Positions 30,965 through 40,697 of a stretch of DNA of 64,000 nucleotides are shown piece by piece. Numbering within the stretch: position 1 is the first letter of the stretch; each line of letters starts with the position of its first letter. This DNA is from Methanoregula sp. (GTDB taxonomy: Archaea > Halobacteriota > Methanomicrobia > Methanomicrobiales > Methanospirillaceae). Position numbers and translations under genes: made by a program. The notes beneath the pieces are model-generated. The model was given only the letters and a program-made list of their open reading frames with translations, was not told where the DNA came from and ran no database searches. The DNA lies in contig JBDKTL010000030.1 in NCBI GenBank assembly GCA_039698055.1, forward strand, positions 1 through 64,000, in the 5' to 3' direction.

Positions 30965-32752
30965 ATGGCCACGCAGGGCGATGTAAAACTGGGGCAGCTG
31001 ACCAAGTACCTTTTTACAGCGCCCTCGTGGTCCCGATCGCTTTTCCTGATCATTCTTCTTGGCCTGATTATTGACGGGGCAAGCGCCCGGGCATGGCTTC
31101 ACCTTCCGGCATCGGGAACGCTCCCGTTTTTTGGGTCATTCCCGTTTTTTGGAACGCTCGCATTCACGATCCCGGCACTTGCGGCATTTGTCCTGACAAA
31201 ACCAATCATCGGCTGGTCCGGTAAAAAGATGACATGGAACCGCTCAGCGCTGCTTGCACTGAGCTCCACGGTCTTTGCCGTCATCATCACCCTTACCGCA
31301 CTGGCGGTAAATATTACCCTCCTGCCCCTGTTCTACGCAATATCGCTTGGGTTTATCTTTGGCCTGCGACTGCTCGTTCTTGTTGCCATCGCAGACTATC
31401 GTGTCCCGCGAATGATCATCCCCGCGATTACGCAGAGTTTCATGGGGATCATCACGGGTATCTTCCTCTTCTCCCCCGGTTTCTTTTCCCCGGTCTTTGC
31501 CGCATTTGCCCTCGTTCTCCTCGTTGTCTTCGGGTTGGGATTTGTCATCCTTATCTGGCTGATCGAACGGCCGCTGCAGCGGGCATTCAAGATACGGGGA
31601 CTTGCGTTTATTAACGCGTTCATCGCCCACATGACCGACGGATCAAAGGGCATGGAGGAATTCTTCAGGGAAATCGGTGAAGAGATCTATGTCCCGCAGG
31701 TCAATATCTTCTTTAAACGGGAACATAAAACGCCGGTATTATTTACCGTGCCAAACCTTCATCCCGGCCCCATGGGGGAAATCGGGGGCGGCAACCTGCC
31801 GAAGGTCCTCCATGACAGCCTTGACGAAGAAACGTTTGTTGCGCACGGGTGCGCCACCCACGATTTCAACCTGGTATCAGAAAGCGAAATCACCAAAGTC
31901 ATTGACGCGATCGAGCGGTCAAAAAAGGATCTTGTGTATACCGGCATGGCAGGAAAGTCCATGCGGCTTTCTGTTGGTTCCGTGCACGTAATCTTCCAGC
32001 GGTTCGGCGATTCGGTACTGATAGTTACCACGCGGTCACCGCAGAAGACAGAAGATCTCGATTTCTCGATTGGCATGTCAATTATGGCAGAAGGTCACCG
32101 CTGGTTCCGGCACGTCGCTTTTGTTGACGGCCACAATTGCATGACCGATCTCACCTCCCCGGTGCTCCAGGCAACGCTCACCGCTACCGAGTACCAGCGG
32201 GCGGCAATGCAGGCAATGGAAGCCTGCCTCACCGCAGAACTCCTCCCGTTCAGGATCGGATCGGCACACCGGCAGTTCCCGTTCACCCGCGAAGACGGAT
32301 TTGGCGATCTGGGTGTACAGGCACTGGTTGTCGAAGTTGGGGGCCAGCGCACCGCGTACGTATTAATCGACGGCAACAATATCGCTGCGGGCGTCCGGGA
32401 GATACTTATCGAGAAGATCCTGACGATTGTTGACGCCGCAGAAGTGATGACAACCGATTCTCATGTTGTCAATACCATCACCGGGAAAAATCCGGTCGGC
32501 ATGGCAACACCGGTCGACGCCTTTCTTCCCCTTGTCATGCAGGCCGTTTCAGAGGCCGTCGATGATCTTGCCCCGGCAGAATCCGGTGCAACAACAGCAT
32601 TCTGTGAAGGAATCGTCGTTTTTGGCTCAAACAGGATCTCCCAGCTGGCAAGTACCGTCAACGCGATGCTGGTCTTTGTCGCGCCCCTGTCGCTTGCGAT
32701 GCTCCTGCTTGCATTCCTGCTCTCCCTTATCGCCTACACGGTACTAGCCTGA
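30965..32752 (+). CDS. DUF2070 family membrane protein
   Basis: Multi-TM N-terminal half, then HPGPMGEIGG, HGCATHDFN, DGHN, DGNN and TTDSH. Confidence 0.88.
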   Translation: MATQGDVKLGQLTKYLFTAPSWSRSLFLIILLGLIIDGASARAWLHLPASGTLPFFGSFPFFGTLAFTIPALAAFVLTKPIIGWSGKKMTWNRSALLALSSTVFAVIITLTALAVNITLLPLFYAISLGFIFGLRLLVLVAIADYRVPRMIIPAITQSFMGIITGIFLFSPGFFSPVFAAFALVLLVVFGLGFVILIWLIERPLQRAFKIRGLAFINAFIAHMTDGSKGMEEFFREIGEEIYVPQVNIFFKREHKTPVLFTVPNLHPGPMGEIGGGNLPKVLHDSLDEETFVAHGCATHDFNLVSESEITKVIDAIERSKKDLVYTGMAGKSMRLSVGSVHVIFQRFGDSVLIVTTRSPQKTEDLDFSIGMSIMAEGHRWFRHVAFVDGHNCMTDLTSPVLQATLTATEYQRAAMQAMEACLTAELLPFRIGSAHRQFPFTREDGFGDLGVQALVVEVGGQRTAYVLIDGNNIAAGVREILIEKILTIVDAAEVMTTDSHVVNTITGKNPVGMATPVDAFLPLVMQAVSEAVDDLAPAESGATTAFCEGIVVFGSNRISQLASTVNAMLVFVAPLSLAMLLLAFLLSLIAYTVLA

Positions 32753-32946
32753 AAATATGACGGGAGGGTCTGCCGGATTTTCATGATTAATCATTCTTTT
32801 TTCGTTCCGGGCAAGAATTACCGAAAGATATATTCGTAAGCATAAGAATATCCAGAATCAGGGACAGGAGGATCGTTTCTTTACACTGGTGATTACAGGT
32901 CAACGGTAGTTTGTACAGGGAAGTGAACTATTCAAGACAGGAGCAG

Positions 32947-33702
32947 GTGATTGAATTTTATTCAGTTGCATACAGCGTCACCCGCTGGATCGGTATTGAT
33001 CTCAACACAACGGGCCATGTGGCAGTCGTCGCCGACCCGGACAGCGGGAAAGTTCTGAAACTGGGAAAAACCACACACTATGTCCGTAGTCATTCATCAA
33101 AAAACTGCACAAAACTCTGGAAAGAGGGAAAACTCTGGAAACTGAAAAAAATTAAAAGCCGCGAACAGAAATCATTCAAAGCGGCACTCAACAAGATTTC
33201 CTGGCAGATTGTATCCTTTGCCGAGTCTCTCGGTTCAGGAATCAAATTCGAAAAGCTCTTTTCCGATACTTATTCGCACCGCAACAAAAAAAGCGGGTTG
33301 TTTGAATTCTCATTTGAGAATGGATCGTTTTTTACGCTCCAGCGCCTGGTCGAGCGGCGTGCACACGACCGGGGAATTCCCGTGCTCTACGTGAACCCGG
33401 CATGTACTTCAAAATGGTGCAGCCGGTGTGGCGCGTATGGCAGGCGATCGCGGAAGCATTTCGAATGCCCCCACTGCGGGTACGTAGCCCATGCCGATGT
33501 CAATGCGGCGTTCAATATTGCCACCCGGTCTACCCGTTATGCCGATAGTGCACCACGACCAATTGAAGTGCCGCAATGTATCCGCATATCGAAAAAACAG
33601 ATGATTGGTCTTGCGCAGATACAAGAGAGCTCGCACGCGGTGCTGCTGACACGTATGACAACACCGTCACCCCATGAAAACCTGCTTGCGGTGCTGGAAT
33701 AA
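32947..33702 (+). CDS. TnpB/Cas12f-like RuvC plus zinc-finger protein lacking the N-terminal (WED/REC) region
   Basis: RuvC-I IGIDLN, RuvC-II FEKL, VNPACTSKWCSRCG...FECPHCG, and RuvC-III ADVNAAFNIA. An in-frame TGA at 32890 rules out a longer N-terminus. GTG 32947 follows AGGAG. Confidence 0.85.
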   Translation: MIEFYSVAYSVTRWIGIDLNTTGHVAVVADPDSGKVLKLGKTTHYVRSHSSKNCTKLWKEGKLWKLKKIKSREQKSFKAALNKISWQIVSFAESLGSGIKFEKLFSDTYSHRNKKSGLFEFSFENGSFFTLQRLVERRAHDRGIPVLYVNPACTSKWCSRCGAYGRRSRKHFECPHCGYVAHADVNAAFNIATRSTRYADSAPRPIEVPQCIRISKKQMIGLAQIQESSHAVLLTRMTTPSPHENLLAVLE

Positions 33703-33745
33703 TTTTTTTTTCACATTTCCCGGTCTTAAAATAAGGATGTATTGG

Positions 33746-34567
33746 TTATTGCACGATTCCCGATGCATGTTCGTCAAAGGGGTTCGTGCGCATCGCCAGT
33801 GAAAACAGGTACGGGTAATGCTTTTTTAAGTGCTGCATGTAGATCAGCCATTCCACAACCAGCAGATCGTTGACCCGGTTGATGTCCCCGGAAAGGTGAT
33901 CGTAATCTGAAGAGGGGAGGCTGGTGAGACGATCCCGTGCATCCAGTTCCTCGGCCAGATGAAAAACCGCCCGGAGAAGGGGGGTAAACCGGTCGTTTTC
34001 ACTGATACGGGGGTTTCCAAACAGCGAGATCATGAATTCCCGTCTTTTTGAAAGGAACTCATGGACTTTGTCCAACGGAATATTGCGGCTGTCAAGGTGA
34101 CTCTCGTAGTGGCGGAGGGTTTCCAGCGCAGATGAAAAATCTTCAGGTGACCAGTTGTTGGACACTTTGAGTGCAGACCGGATTTTTTCTCCACCGGGAT
34201 CGTGGGCATTGAACTGTTTGAGAAGACTTGTGCCTACTTCGGAAAAGAAGACGCCCACGATCATGTTCAGGTTGTGCATCCGCATCGTGTGTTCCCGCTT
34301 CTCTATCATGTACTCTATCGTGCTTCCGGCAACGCCGACAAAGCAGCTCACGCCGACAAGGATCATCCCGATCACGAGGAGCTTTCCAAAGGGTGTAACC
34401 GGGTGAATATCGCCAAATCCCACCGTTGCAATCGTGACAATCGTAAAGTACAGGGAATCAAGAGGTGACAGCTGCTCAAGAACAGTCATACCGATAACAC
34501 CGGTAATTACGACAATGAATAAAAGGAGAATGTAAATACGCAACCGAAGGTGGATGGACTGGTTCAC
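33746..34567 (-). CDS. Two-TM potassium channel family protein
   Basis: Selectivity filter TVGFGD between TM helices. Confidence 0.88.
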   Translation of the reverse strand: MNQSIHLRLRIYILLLFIVVITGVIGMTVLEQLSPLDSLYFTIVTIATVGFGDIHPVTPFGKLLVIGMILVGVSCFVGVAGSTIEYMIEKREHTMRMHNLNMIVGVFFSEVGTSLLKQFNAHDPGGEKIRSALKVSNNWSPEDFSSALETLRHYESHLDSRNIPLDKVHEFLSKRREFMISLFGNPRISENDRFTPLLRAVFHLAEELDARDRLTSLPSSDYDHLSGDINRVNDLLVVEWLIYMQHLKKHYPYLFSLAMRTNPFDEHASGIVQ

Positions 34568-34766
34568 ATATTCGTCTTTAAGCGTTTACCTATAAAAGAA
34601 GTATCATCAGGAAAAAATACCCCCGACCAGATTCCTGACAATTAGTTAGAATCTTTTGGCAATCCGGCCCCATCGCGCGCTTTTTAGAGTCTCCCGGACC
34701 GTCCCTTCCCTACCCCTCCCCACCAAACCGAGGGGAGGGGCGCGCATGGTTGACATGAGATCGGTC

Positions 34767-34873
34767 TCATGTTCACTCATCCTCGCTGATGCTCCGGCTC
34801 GCTTCACATCACCTCGCTGTTTTCCGGAGTGTCCTGTTGGTAGGATGACGCCCCTGGCTTGTCGCGATGCTCC
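34767..34873 (-). repeat. Structured repeat family copy A, an inverted near-identical copy of 41152..41258
   Basis: The reverse complement reads GCGACAAGCCAGGGGCGTCATCCTACCAACAG...AAAACAGCGAGGTGATGTGAAGCGAGCCGGAGCATCAGCGAGGAyGAGTGAACATGA, matching 41159-41258. Confidence 0.9.
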
Positions 34874-35136
34874 CACCAACAACTGCCCTCTGGCCCTCTC
34901 CACGTTTTGTTCGGACATTGATATTATTCACAACGAAACCACATCTCTGACCGGACAATCGAAAGACGTTCTGTCAAATCTCTTCACTCTCACCGCGTCG
35001 ATCAATCCCGATCACATAATCATGCCGGATGCGGACCGGGGTGCCGAAAAATCAGAAAACGGGCACACAGAAATACAATCTGGAAATGCCATTCTCCCTC
35101 TCAATAAAAATTGAGGTAAAAGATAATTGATTTAAA

Positions 35137-35883
35137 TTGAATGAGATTCATTGTAACAATATGGCCAACGAGGGGACTATTGCTTATAAATTATGCGGGA
35201 ATATTTATCTAAATATTACAAATCGATGTAATACTGAATGCATATTTTGTAAAAAACGCAATTCACTCATCCCCGATGCATTTTGTCCTCAAACGGAAGA
35301 TGAAACGTGCGATTCACTTCCAAAAATTCCATCGAATTTTATGTCAATTGATGACGTGGTGTATGGATATAACATCAAAACAAATGATCCAATTTACGGA
35401 CGTGATCTACGACTTAAAGAAGAACCAAAATTAAAGACAGTTATCAACGAACTAGCTGAAATTGATTTTTCAAAATTTGATGAAGTAGTATTTACAGGAT
35501 TAGGTGAACCGATTATACGGTTTGATGATGTATTAGCAATTACAAAAGAATTGACTAACCATGGAGCTTCTGTGAGACTTGATACAATTGGATATGCGAA
35601 TCTTCTTTATCCAAAAAGAGATGTCGCAAAAGAACTTGCAGATAGTGGGATGAAAAAAATTTCCATCAGTTTGAATGCTCATGATGAAGTTACATTCAAT
35701 CGAATATGCCAACCAAAAATAAAAAATGGATACTCCTCAAGGTTTGAATTCGCGAAAGATGTGACCCGAGTTGGTATGGGCCTTAGATTTACAATAATTG
35801 ATCTACCATGTGTCGATATCAATAAATGCCGTCAATTATCTTGGAAATATCAAGCATCTTTCAAAGTGCGACCATTTTTCTAA
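35137..35883 (+). CDS. Radical SAM protein, TatD-associated type (paralog 1)
   Basis: IYLNITNRCNTECIFC (CX3CX2C), YG.DL.L.EEP, EVVFTGLGEP, RLDT.G and SISLNA. AT-rich. The start may be ATG 35161. Confidence 0.85.
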   Translation: MNEIHCNNMANEGTIAYKLCGNIYLNITNRCNTECIFCKKRNSLIPDAFCPQTEDETCDSLPKIPSNFMSIDDVVYGYNIKTNDPIYGRDLRLKEEPKLKTVINELAEIDFSKFDEVVFTGLGEPIIRFDDVLAITKELTNHGASVRLDTIGYANLLYPKRDVAKELADSGMKKISISLNAHDEVTFNRICQPKIKNGYSSRFEFAKDVTRVGMGLRFTIIDLPCVDINKCRQLSWKYQASFKVRPFF

Positions 35884-35991
35884 AAAAGAAGGTGTCAATT
35901 TTAAAATATGCTTCATTTCATTGCCGATTGGCGGTTTCCATTCAATTTTTCTACTTGAAGAAGAAGAAGAATATTAGCGACTGATACGCTT

Positions 35992-36786
35992 ATGACGAAA
36001 GCTGTAGTGTACGAATCAAATAATAATTTATATATAAACATTGCAAAAACCTGCACTTCAGATTGCATTTTTTGTACCAAAGAATATTTTAATCCACATT
36101 TTTTTGAGACAAAAAATGAAAATCTTAAAAAATCTCAAAATTTGCCAGAAAAAACAACCGAGCAAATAATTTCAGATCTTGAAGGGTTGGTCCTTACACA
36201 ATATAATAAAAATCTTTTTGTCGGAGATGGGGAAGAGCGGGTGAGATGTCTTGACGAAGTAAAATTTGGTATAGTTAGGCCCTCAAAGCAGATCTTATAC
36301 GGATATGATCTATATCTTGAAAAAGAACCAAGTTTTGAGAGAGTGAAAAATGATTTCAAAAAATATGTGAAAAATGATTACTATGAAGCTGTTTTTACCG
36401 GGATGGGTGAACCATTAACCCGTCTAGATTTAGTGATAAAAATTACAAAATGGTTAGATAAACAGAATTTCTTGGTTCGTCTTGATACCAATGGCCATGC
36501 AAAATATTTATTTCCGAAAAGAAATGTCGTTAAAGAACTTCTGGAAAGCGGAATGAAAACCATATCTATCAGTCTAAATGCCCATGATGAGATAACTTAC
36601 AATCAATTATGCAGACCTCATTTCAACCATGCATACTCACAAATGCTAGAATTTGCTCGAGAGGTGTCCCAAAGCGGAATGAATCTTCGATTTACCATTG
36701 TAGATATTCCTATAATAGATAAAGAAAAATGTCGACAAATAGCACTTGATTACAATGCTGATTTTGTAATACGAAAATTTACATAA
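35992..36786 (+). CDS. Radical SAM protein, TatD-associated type (paralog 2)
   Basis: LYINIAKTCTSDCIFC, YGYDLYLEKEP, EAVFTGMGEP, RLDTNG and SISLNA. Confidence 0.85.
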   Translation: MTKAVVYESNNNLYINIAKTCTSDCIFCTKEYFNPHFFETKNENLKKSQNLPEKTTEQIISDLEGLVLTQYNKNLFVGDGEERVRCLDEVKFGIVRPSKQILYGYDLYLEKEPSFERVKNDFKKYVKNDYYEAVFTGMGEPLTRLDLVIKITKWLDKQNFLVRLDTNGHAKYLFPKRNVVKELLESGMKTISISLNAHDEITYNQLCRPHFNHAYSQMLEFAREVSQSGMNLRFTIVDIPIIDKEKCRQIALDYNADFVIRKFT

Positions 36787-36800
36787 TCTTGGAATATAAA

Positions 36801-37442
36801 ATGAAACGTCAAAAAAATATTTTGTCTTATGAATTATGCGGGAACATTTATCTTAATATTACAAATCGGTGCACTGCTAAATGTGTTTTCTGTAGAAGAA
36901 ACAACCCTCCCGATTTAAAAAATCCGCCATATCTAACATCGAATAAACCAGTCTTTGGATTTAACTTGCAACTCTCTAATGAACCCAATGTGGAAGATAT
37001 TTTAATTGAACTTGAAAATTATAATTTATCTAAAAGTAATCAAATTGTTTTTGCCGGTTTAGGAGAACCTCTAATTAGACTAGATATGGTACTAAATCTC
37101 GCTCGCATTTTAACAAATCGCGGTATTTATACTCGACTAACTACTAATGGGCATGCAAAATATTTGTACCCCAAAAGAAATGTTGCCGATGATCTTGCAA
37201 AAAATGGAATCAAAATGATATCAATAAGCCTAAACGCTCATGATGAAACAACGTATAATCAATTATGCAAGCCTATTTTTAACCATGCATACTCACAAAT
37301 GCTAGAATTTGCACGAGAAGTATCTCGATGTGGAATGGATCTTCGATTTACAGTAGTAGATATTCCTCAAGTGAACAAAGAAAAATGTCGACAAATAGCA
37401 TACGATTATGATGCCGATTTTATGATTCGTCCTATCTCATGA
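36801..37442 (+). CDS. Radical SAM protein, TatD-associated type (paralog 3)
   Basis: IYLNITNRCTAKCVFC, FGFNLQLSNEP, VFAGLGEP, RLTTNG and SISLNA. Confidence 0.85.
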   Translation: MKRQKNILSYELCGNIYLNITNRCTAKCVFCRRNNPPDLKNPPYLTSNKPVFGFNLQLSNEPNVEDILIELENYNLSKSNQIVFAGLGEPLIRLDMVLNLARILTNRGIYTRLTTNGHAKYLYPKRNVADDLAKNGIKMISISLNAHDETTYNQLCKPIFNHAYSQMLEFAREVSRCGMDLRFTVVDIPQVNKEKCRQIAYDYDADFMIRPIS

Positions 37443-37532
37443 AATTCTTTTTCGTCACTCATTGAATTTTCCAAATGTATCTTTTTTAATTCTTTTCTTT
37501 GCTTATGTTTGAATTGTTGAGGGAGATGGGTT

Positions 37533-37733
37533 GGTCGGCGGAGCAAGTGCAAGCACGGCGGAGCCGTGCGACGCGGTCGGCGATCTGCATGGGACGAATT
37601 CCGGTTGAACCGCAGACGCTCAGTCATGTTCACTCGTCCTCGTTCTGCTCGCTGGCGCTCACTCGGGCCACTGCGGCCACGACCCACCACCCGCTTTGCT
37701 CCTCCCGCCCTTCTTAAGGGCGGGCAGTGAGGC
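37533..37733 (-). repeat. Structured repeat family copy B (head, core and degenerate tail, middle missing)
   Basis: The reverse complement CCTCACTGCCCGCCCTTAAGAAGGGCGGGAGGAGC...GAGCGCC matches 40920-40992, and GAGGACGAGTGAACATGACTGAGCGTCT matches 41241-41268. Confidence 0.85.
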
Positions 37734-37785
37734 GCGATAACTACGGGGGAGGTTTCCGGGCGGGAGGATACAGAATCGGGGTATC

Positions 37786-38172
37786 TTACAATTGCGAAAC
37801 CACAATGAGTAGAATAATCGTTCCGATAAACGATACAAGACAAATTTTTGTCATGCGATTTGATTCTTCTGATTCAAGAATACTATACCTCATACACTTC
37901 ATAAACGAAATTGAGAAAAAGTTCCCAACATATCCTAACAGGACTCCAATAAACAGAGAGAGGGTGTCAATATCAGTGTATACTACGGCCAACAATATCG
38001 GTACGACCGCTGGGAGTCCTACAAGAATAAGTATAACTTTATCGAAAGTTGTGTTCTCCCTTCCCCTTTTTTGATAATCAAATAACTCAGAGACAAAGGT
38101 TCCCCCAATAATCCCAAATATCACGCCGTATGTAATTGGAATAAATAGCTCAGGATGGCTCAATAGACTCAC
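37786..38172 (-). CDS. Small AT-rich integral membrane protein (about 4 TM)
   Basis: Four hydrophobic segments. No family recognised. Confidence 0.6.
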   Translation of the reverse strand: MSLLSHPELFIPITYGVIFGIIGGTFVSELFDYQKRGRENTTFDKVILILVGLPAVVPILLAVVYTDIDTLSLFIGVLLGYVGNFFSISFMKCMRYSILESEESNRMTKICLVSFIGTIILLIVVSQL

Positions 38173-38267
38173 GCTCGTACTATGTTGTTCGAGAAGTTGT
38201 CACTATTATTAATTTTCATACATCACGACAAAATTTTTTTTATTTTGAATTATGGGGGGTGGGAGGA

Positions 38268-38447
38268 TGCGAGCCGGAACACGGCGACCATCGCCGTGTC
38301 GCGTGAGCATCGGGCGGGCCAGGTAAGATCAGGGCAGCCCAAGAGGACAGGCACACGGGCGTATGACCGGGGGCGGGAGAAGGCGAGCCGGTTACGGGGC
38401 CGCATAGCGGGCCCGTCGCGTGAGCCTTCGGGGGGGGCCCAACCGTT
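38268..38447 (+). repeat. GC-rich module with an internal duplication, an inverted homolog of 40698..40758
   Basis: GCGAGCCGG and GTCGCGTGAGC each occur twice. CGGTTACGGG..GTCGCG..GCCT..GGGCC..CCGTT resembles the reverse complement of 40698-40756. Confidence 0.55.
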
Positions 38448-38668
38448 GCCAAGAAAGATAATGCCGGGCGTCGATAGTGTACCAACCCGGCAGGGCTCTT
38501 TGATTGGCGTCATGGTGTCCCTGTCGGGCCACCTTTTTATCTGAACCGAATCTGGATCCGTTTCTTCATCCGATGCAACCCCCACCACAGGCTTTTTGCA
38601 ATTCCAAAAATGGTTGAACGTTTTTTCCGGTACTCCCGGAGTTGCCGAGGGCTAAGCATAGGGGCCCC

Positions 38669-39034
38669 TCAGTACTCCGAGGGAACCATCAGAACACCGT
38701 CGATAAGATACATCTTCCAGGTCCCGACCGGGAAATCGGTGTACTCGTATTTCTGCTCGTAGATCACCGGCATGTCGCAGTCTTCGCGGCAGGTCAGGAT
38801 CGCGGTGTTCTCCTCGGTGACGGTCAGGGTCCAGAGCTGAAAAGGTATTCCCCTGACATTTTGGTGAATGTGAAAGACTGCGCCGATATCGGAGATCAGC
38901 CACTGCACCTCCGCACGTTCGGCCAGGTGCTCGATCCCGTCCGTGTGGATCAGGCCGGTGAACGGGTCGCGGATGTACCGGGTCGTCCCGGTAAAATGAG
39001 AAAGGGAGGATTTGAGATCCTCGGCTGCGATCAT
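38669..39034 (-). CDS. DUF6876-like protein (plasmid/ICE leading-region type)
   Basis: FTGT..Y...TDG...LAE.A...WL..DI..FQLW.L..Q..EYTDFP...LM.PSEY, with an ATGA overlap with the upstream gene. Confidence 0.7.
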   Translation of the reverse strand: MIAAEDLKSSLSHFTGTTRYIRDPFTGLIHTDGIEHLAERAEVQWLISDIGAVFHIHQNVRGIPFQLWTLTVTEENTAILTCREDCDMPVIYEQKYEYTDFPVGTWKMYLIDGVLMVPSEY

Positions 39035-39315
39035 GACGACCGCCCCCGGGCCTCTGCGGAAGCCCTGCACGGCAGCGGCTCGCAGATCCATGCGTGCATC
39101 TCAAGACGTTGCCGTTCTGCGATCAGATTTTCGAGGCCCTCCCGCTCCGCCCGGAGTTTCCACGAGTTAACAATCTCATCATGTCTCATGCGGAGATCCT
39201 GCGCATCGGCCTGCAGCATGAATGCCCGTCGCTCTATGTCGGGGATCGCGATCTGGATGCGTTCGAGTTCTTCGAGGACCTTGATTGGCATGGCGTCAAA
39301 AATGGTTTGGGTCAT
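39031..39315 (-). CDS. Small coiled-coil hypothetical protein
   Basis: ATGA overlaps at both ends within the ardC operon. Confidence 0.65.
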   Translation of the reverse strand: MTQTIFDAMPIKVLEELERIQIAIPDIERRAFMLQADAQDLRMRHDEIVNSWKLRAEREGLENLIAERQRLEMHAWICEPLPCRASAEARGRSS

Positions 39316-40223
39316 GCTGTCACCCCTTCCGCCGGTTCTGTCCCGGTCGAACCGACAGGGACCGGGGCAAAAGCCCCAATCATAAAGTCCGCTGCTTTCT
39401 CCGCTCTGCCCGCCGCGTACATCACGAGATCCGCATCGGCCTTGATCGCCGTTGCCCAGTTCTGGAGGTATGCGGCCTGATTCTGGATAACCGCCGATGA
39501 GTCGATGCCGGTGAGCGCGGCCAGGTATGCACCCCCTATCTCGGCGACCAGTTCCTCGCGCCCGTACGTGTCAGACCCGAAGCAAACCGGATCAGCTCTC
39601 TTGAACCGGTCGAGCCGTGGCCCGGTGGAGTGGATGCACTCGTGAAACATCGTCGCATAATAGTGCTCGGATGTTTTGAATCGGCAGATATCCGGGATGG
39701 TGATACAATCCATCTGCGGCAAGTAGGCGGCCCGGTCACCGGATGCAATTTTTATTGAGTGCCGGCCTGTATAGTCCTGAATGACCGCATCGCATCCGAG
39801 AAGGTGCGGGTTTTCTTTCAGGTCCGGCAGTTTGTACCCCTTTTCCTGATAGTCTGTTTGTGCGACGTTGAAGACAACGAAGGCTTTCAAAAACCGGATT
39901 TGTTTTTTGTTTTCTGTCTCCTCGCCGTTCTCATCGATTTTTGTATCGGTCTTTACGGTCCGGCCTGCATAGATAATCCCGTGGCCGTGCTCGCTCTTCT
40001 GGACCTGCAACCCTGCGGCGAGATACTGGCGATAGGTTGCCCAAAAAGGAAGAGGATAGGGACTGAGTCCGAGAATCAACCGGTTAATCCCGGTGTATGC
40101 CCTGCCGCTGAAAAGGTTGCGCGGGCCGTTCTCCGTCCACGGTTTCAGCCAGGGGATCTTTCCTTCCGTGAGCGCCTTTATGATCCGCTCGTTGATCTGT
40201 GCCTTCACATCAGCGGCTTTCAT
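39312..40223 (-). CDS. ardC: ArdC-family ssDNA-binding antirestriction protein (DUF1738 plus zincin metallopeptidase)
   Basis: PWLKPW, Y.GIN, WATYRQ, VFNVAQT, YYATMFHECIHSTG (HExxH), EELVAEIG and AAYLQNW. Confidence 0.9.
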   Translation of the reverse strand: MKAADVKAQINERIIKALTEGKIPWLKPWTENGPRNLFSGRAYTGINRLILGLSPYPLPFWATYRQYLAAGLQVQKSEHGHGIIYAGRTVKTDTKIDENGEETENKKQIRFLKAFVVFNVAQTDYQEKGYKLPDLKENPHLLGCDAVIQDYTGRHSIKIASGDRAAYLPQMDCITIPDICRFKTSEHYYATMFHECIHSTGPRLDRFKRADPVCFGSDTYGREELVAEIGGAYLAALTGIDSSAVIQNQAAYLQNWATAIKADADLVMYAAGRAEKAADFMIGAFAPVPVGSTGTEPAEGVTA

Positions 40224-40573
40224 GCGGACACCCCGACGGGCTGCATGCTCGAAACGTTCGCATATTTCCGCTCGCCCTTGATCATTCCTTTGACCTGTGC
40301 GAGCGGGGAGACATACCGCACATTGTTGATCGAGATCATCACGGCTTTACCGGACCGGGTGATCCATGCCTTCCCGACCGGGGCCGCGTCCGCGTTTTTC
40401 ATAACGTCGGATATATCATAGATTGGCGCGGGCCAGTGGTCTTGGAGCTTGCGGATCTCGCCGGCAGGGATAACTGCCTGCATGGTCTTTACATCGATAC
40501 GGACCGAGCCGTTGTAGAGGCGCGCGGCCCCTATGTGCTCAAAGGTCACATCGGTTTTTGTTGTTGGCGTCAT
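40220..40573 (-). CDS. Hypothetical protein, first gene of the ardC operon
   Basis: GGTGA RBS before ATG 40573 (alternative ATG 40588), and an ATGA overlap with ardC. Confidence 0.7.
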   Translation of the reverse strand: MTPTTKTDVTFEHIGAARLYNGSVRIDVKTMQAVIPAGEIRKLQDHWPAPIYDISDVMKNADAAPVGKAWITRSGKAVMISINNVRYVSPLAQVKGMIKGERKYANVSSMQPVGVSA

Positions 40574-40606
40574 GGTGTTTTTCACCATACATACATCGAC
40601 GTGAGA

Positions 40607-40616
40607 GCATATAAGC
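40607..40616 (-). promoter_or_regulatory. Putative archaeal TATA box for the ardC operon
   Basis: CTTATATG on the minus strand, about 20-35 nt upstream of the candidate start codons. Confidence 0.5.
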
Positions 40617-40697
40617 CTCCGCCGTGCGCGGGGTGAAAGTAAAGGCGGTGCGTTTTCCGATTTGCGAAATAAGTCTTTTGCGTAGAATTTTTGTTTA

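Noticed and set aside
32753-33745. Intact IS200/IS605 transposon or type V CRISPR locus
   Set aside because: No tnpA, no recognisable end hairpins, no array and no cas1/2, and the TnpB lacks its N-terminal part.
34646-35114. ORFs over the repeat copies (34646..34918 and 34656..35114, likewise 37406..37843, 40967..41221 and 56431..56670), or a RiPP precursor for the radical SAMs
   Set aside because: Indels between repeat copies break the frames and the products look compositionally spurious. The radical SAMs lack SPASM/RRE domains and no convincing precursor peptide was seen.
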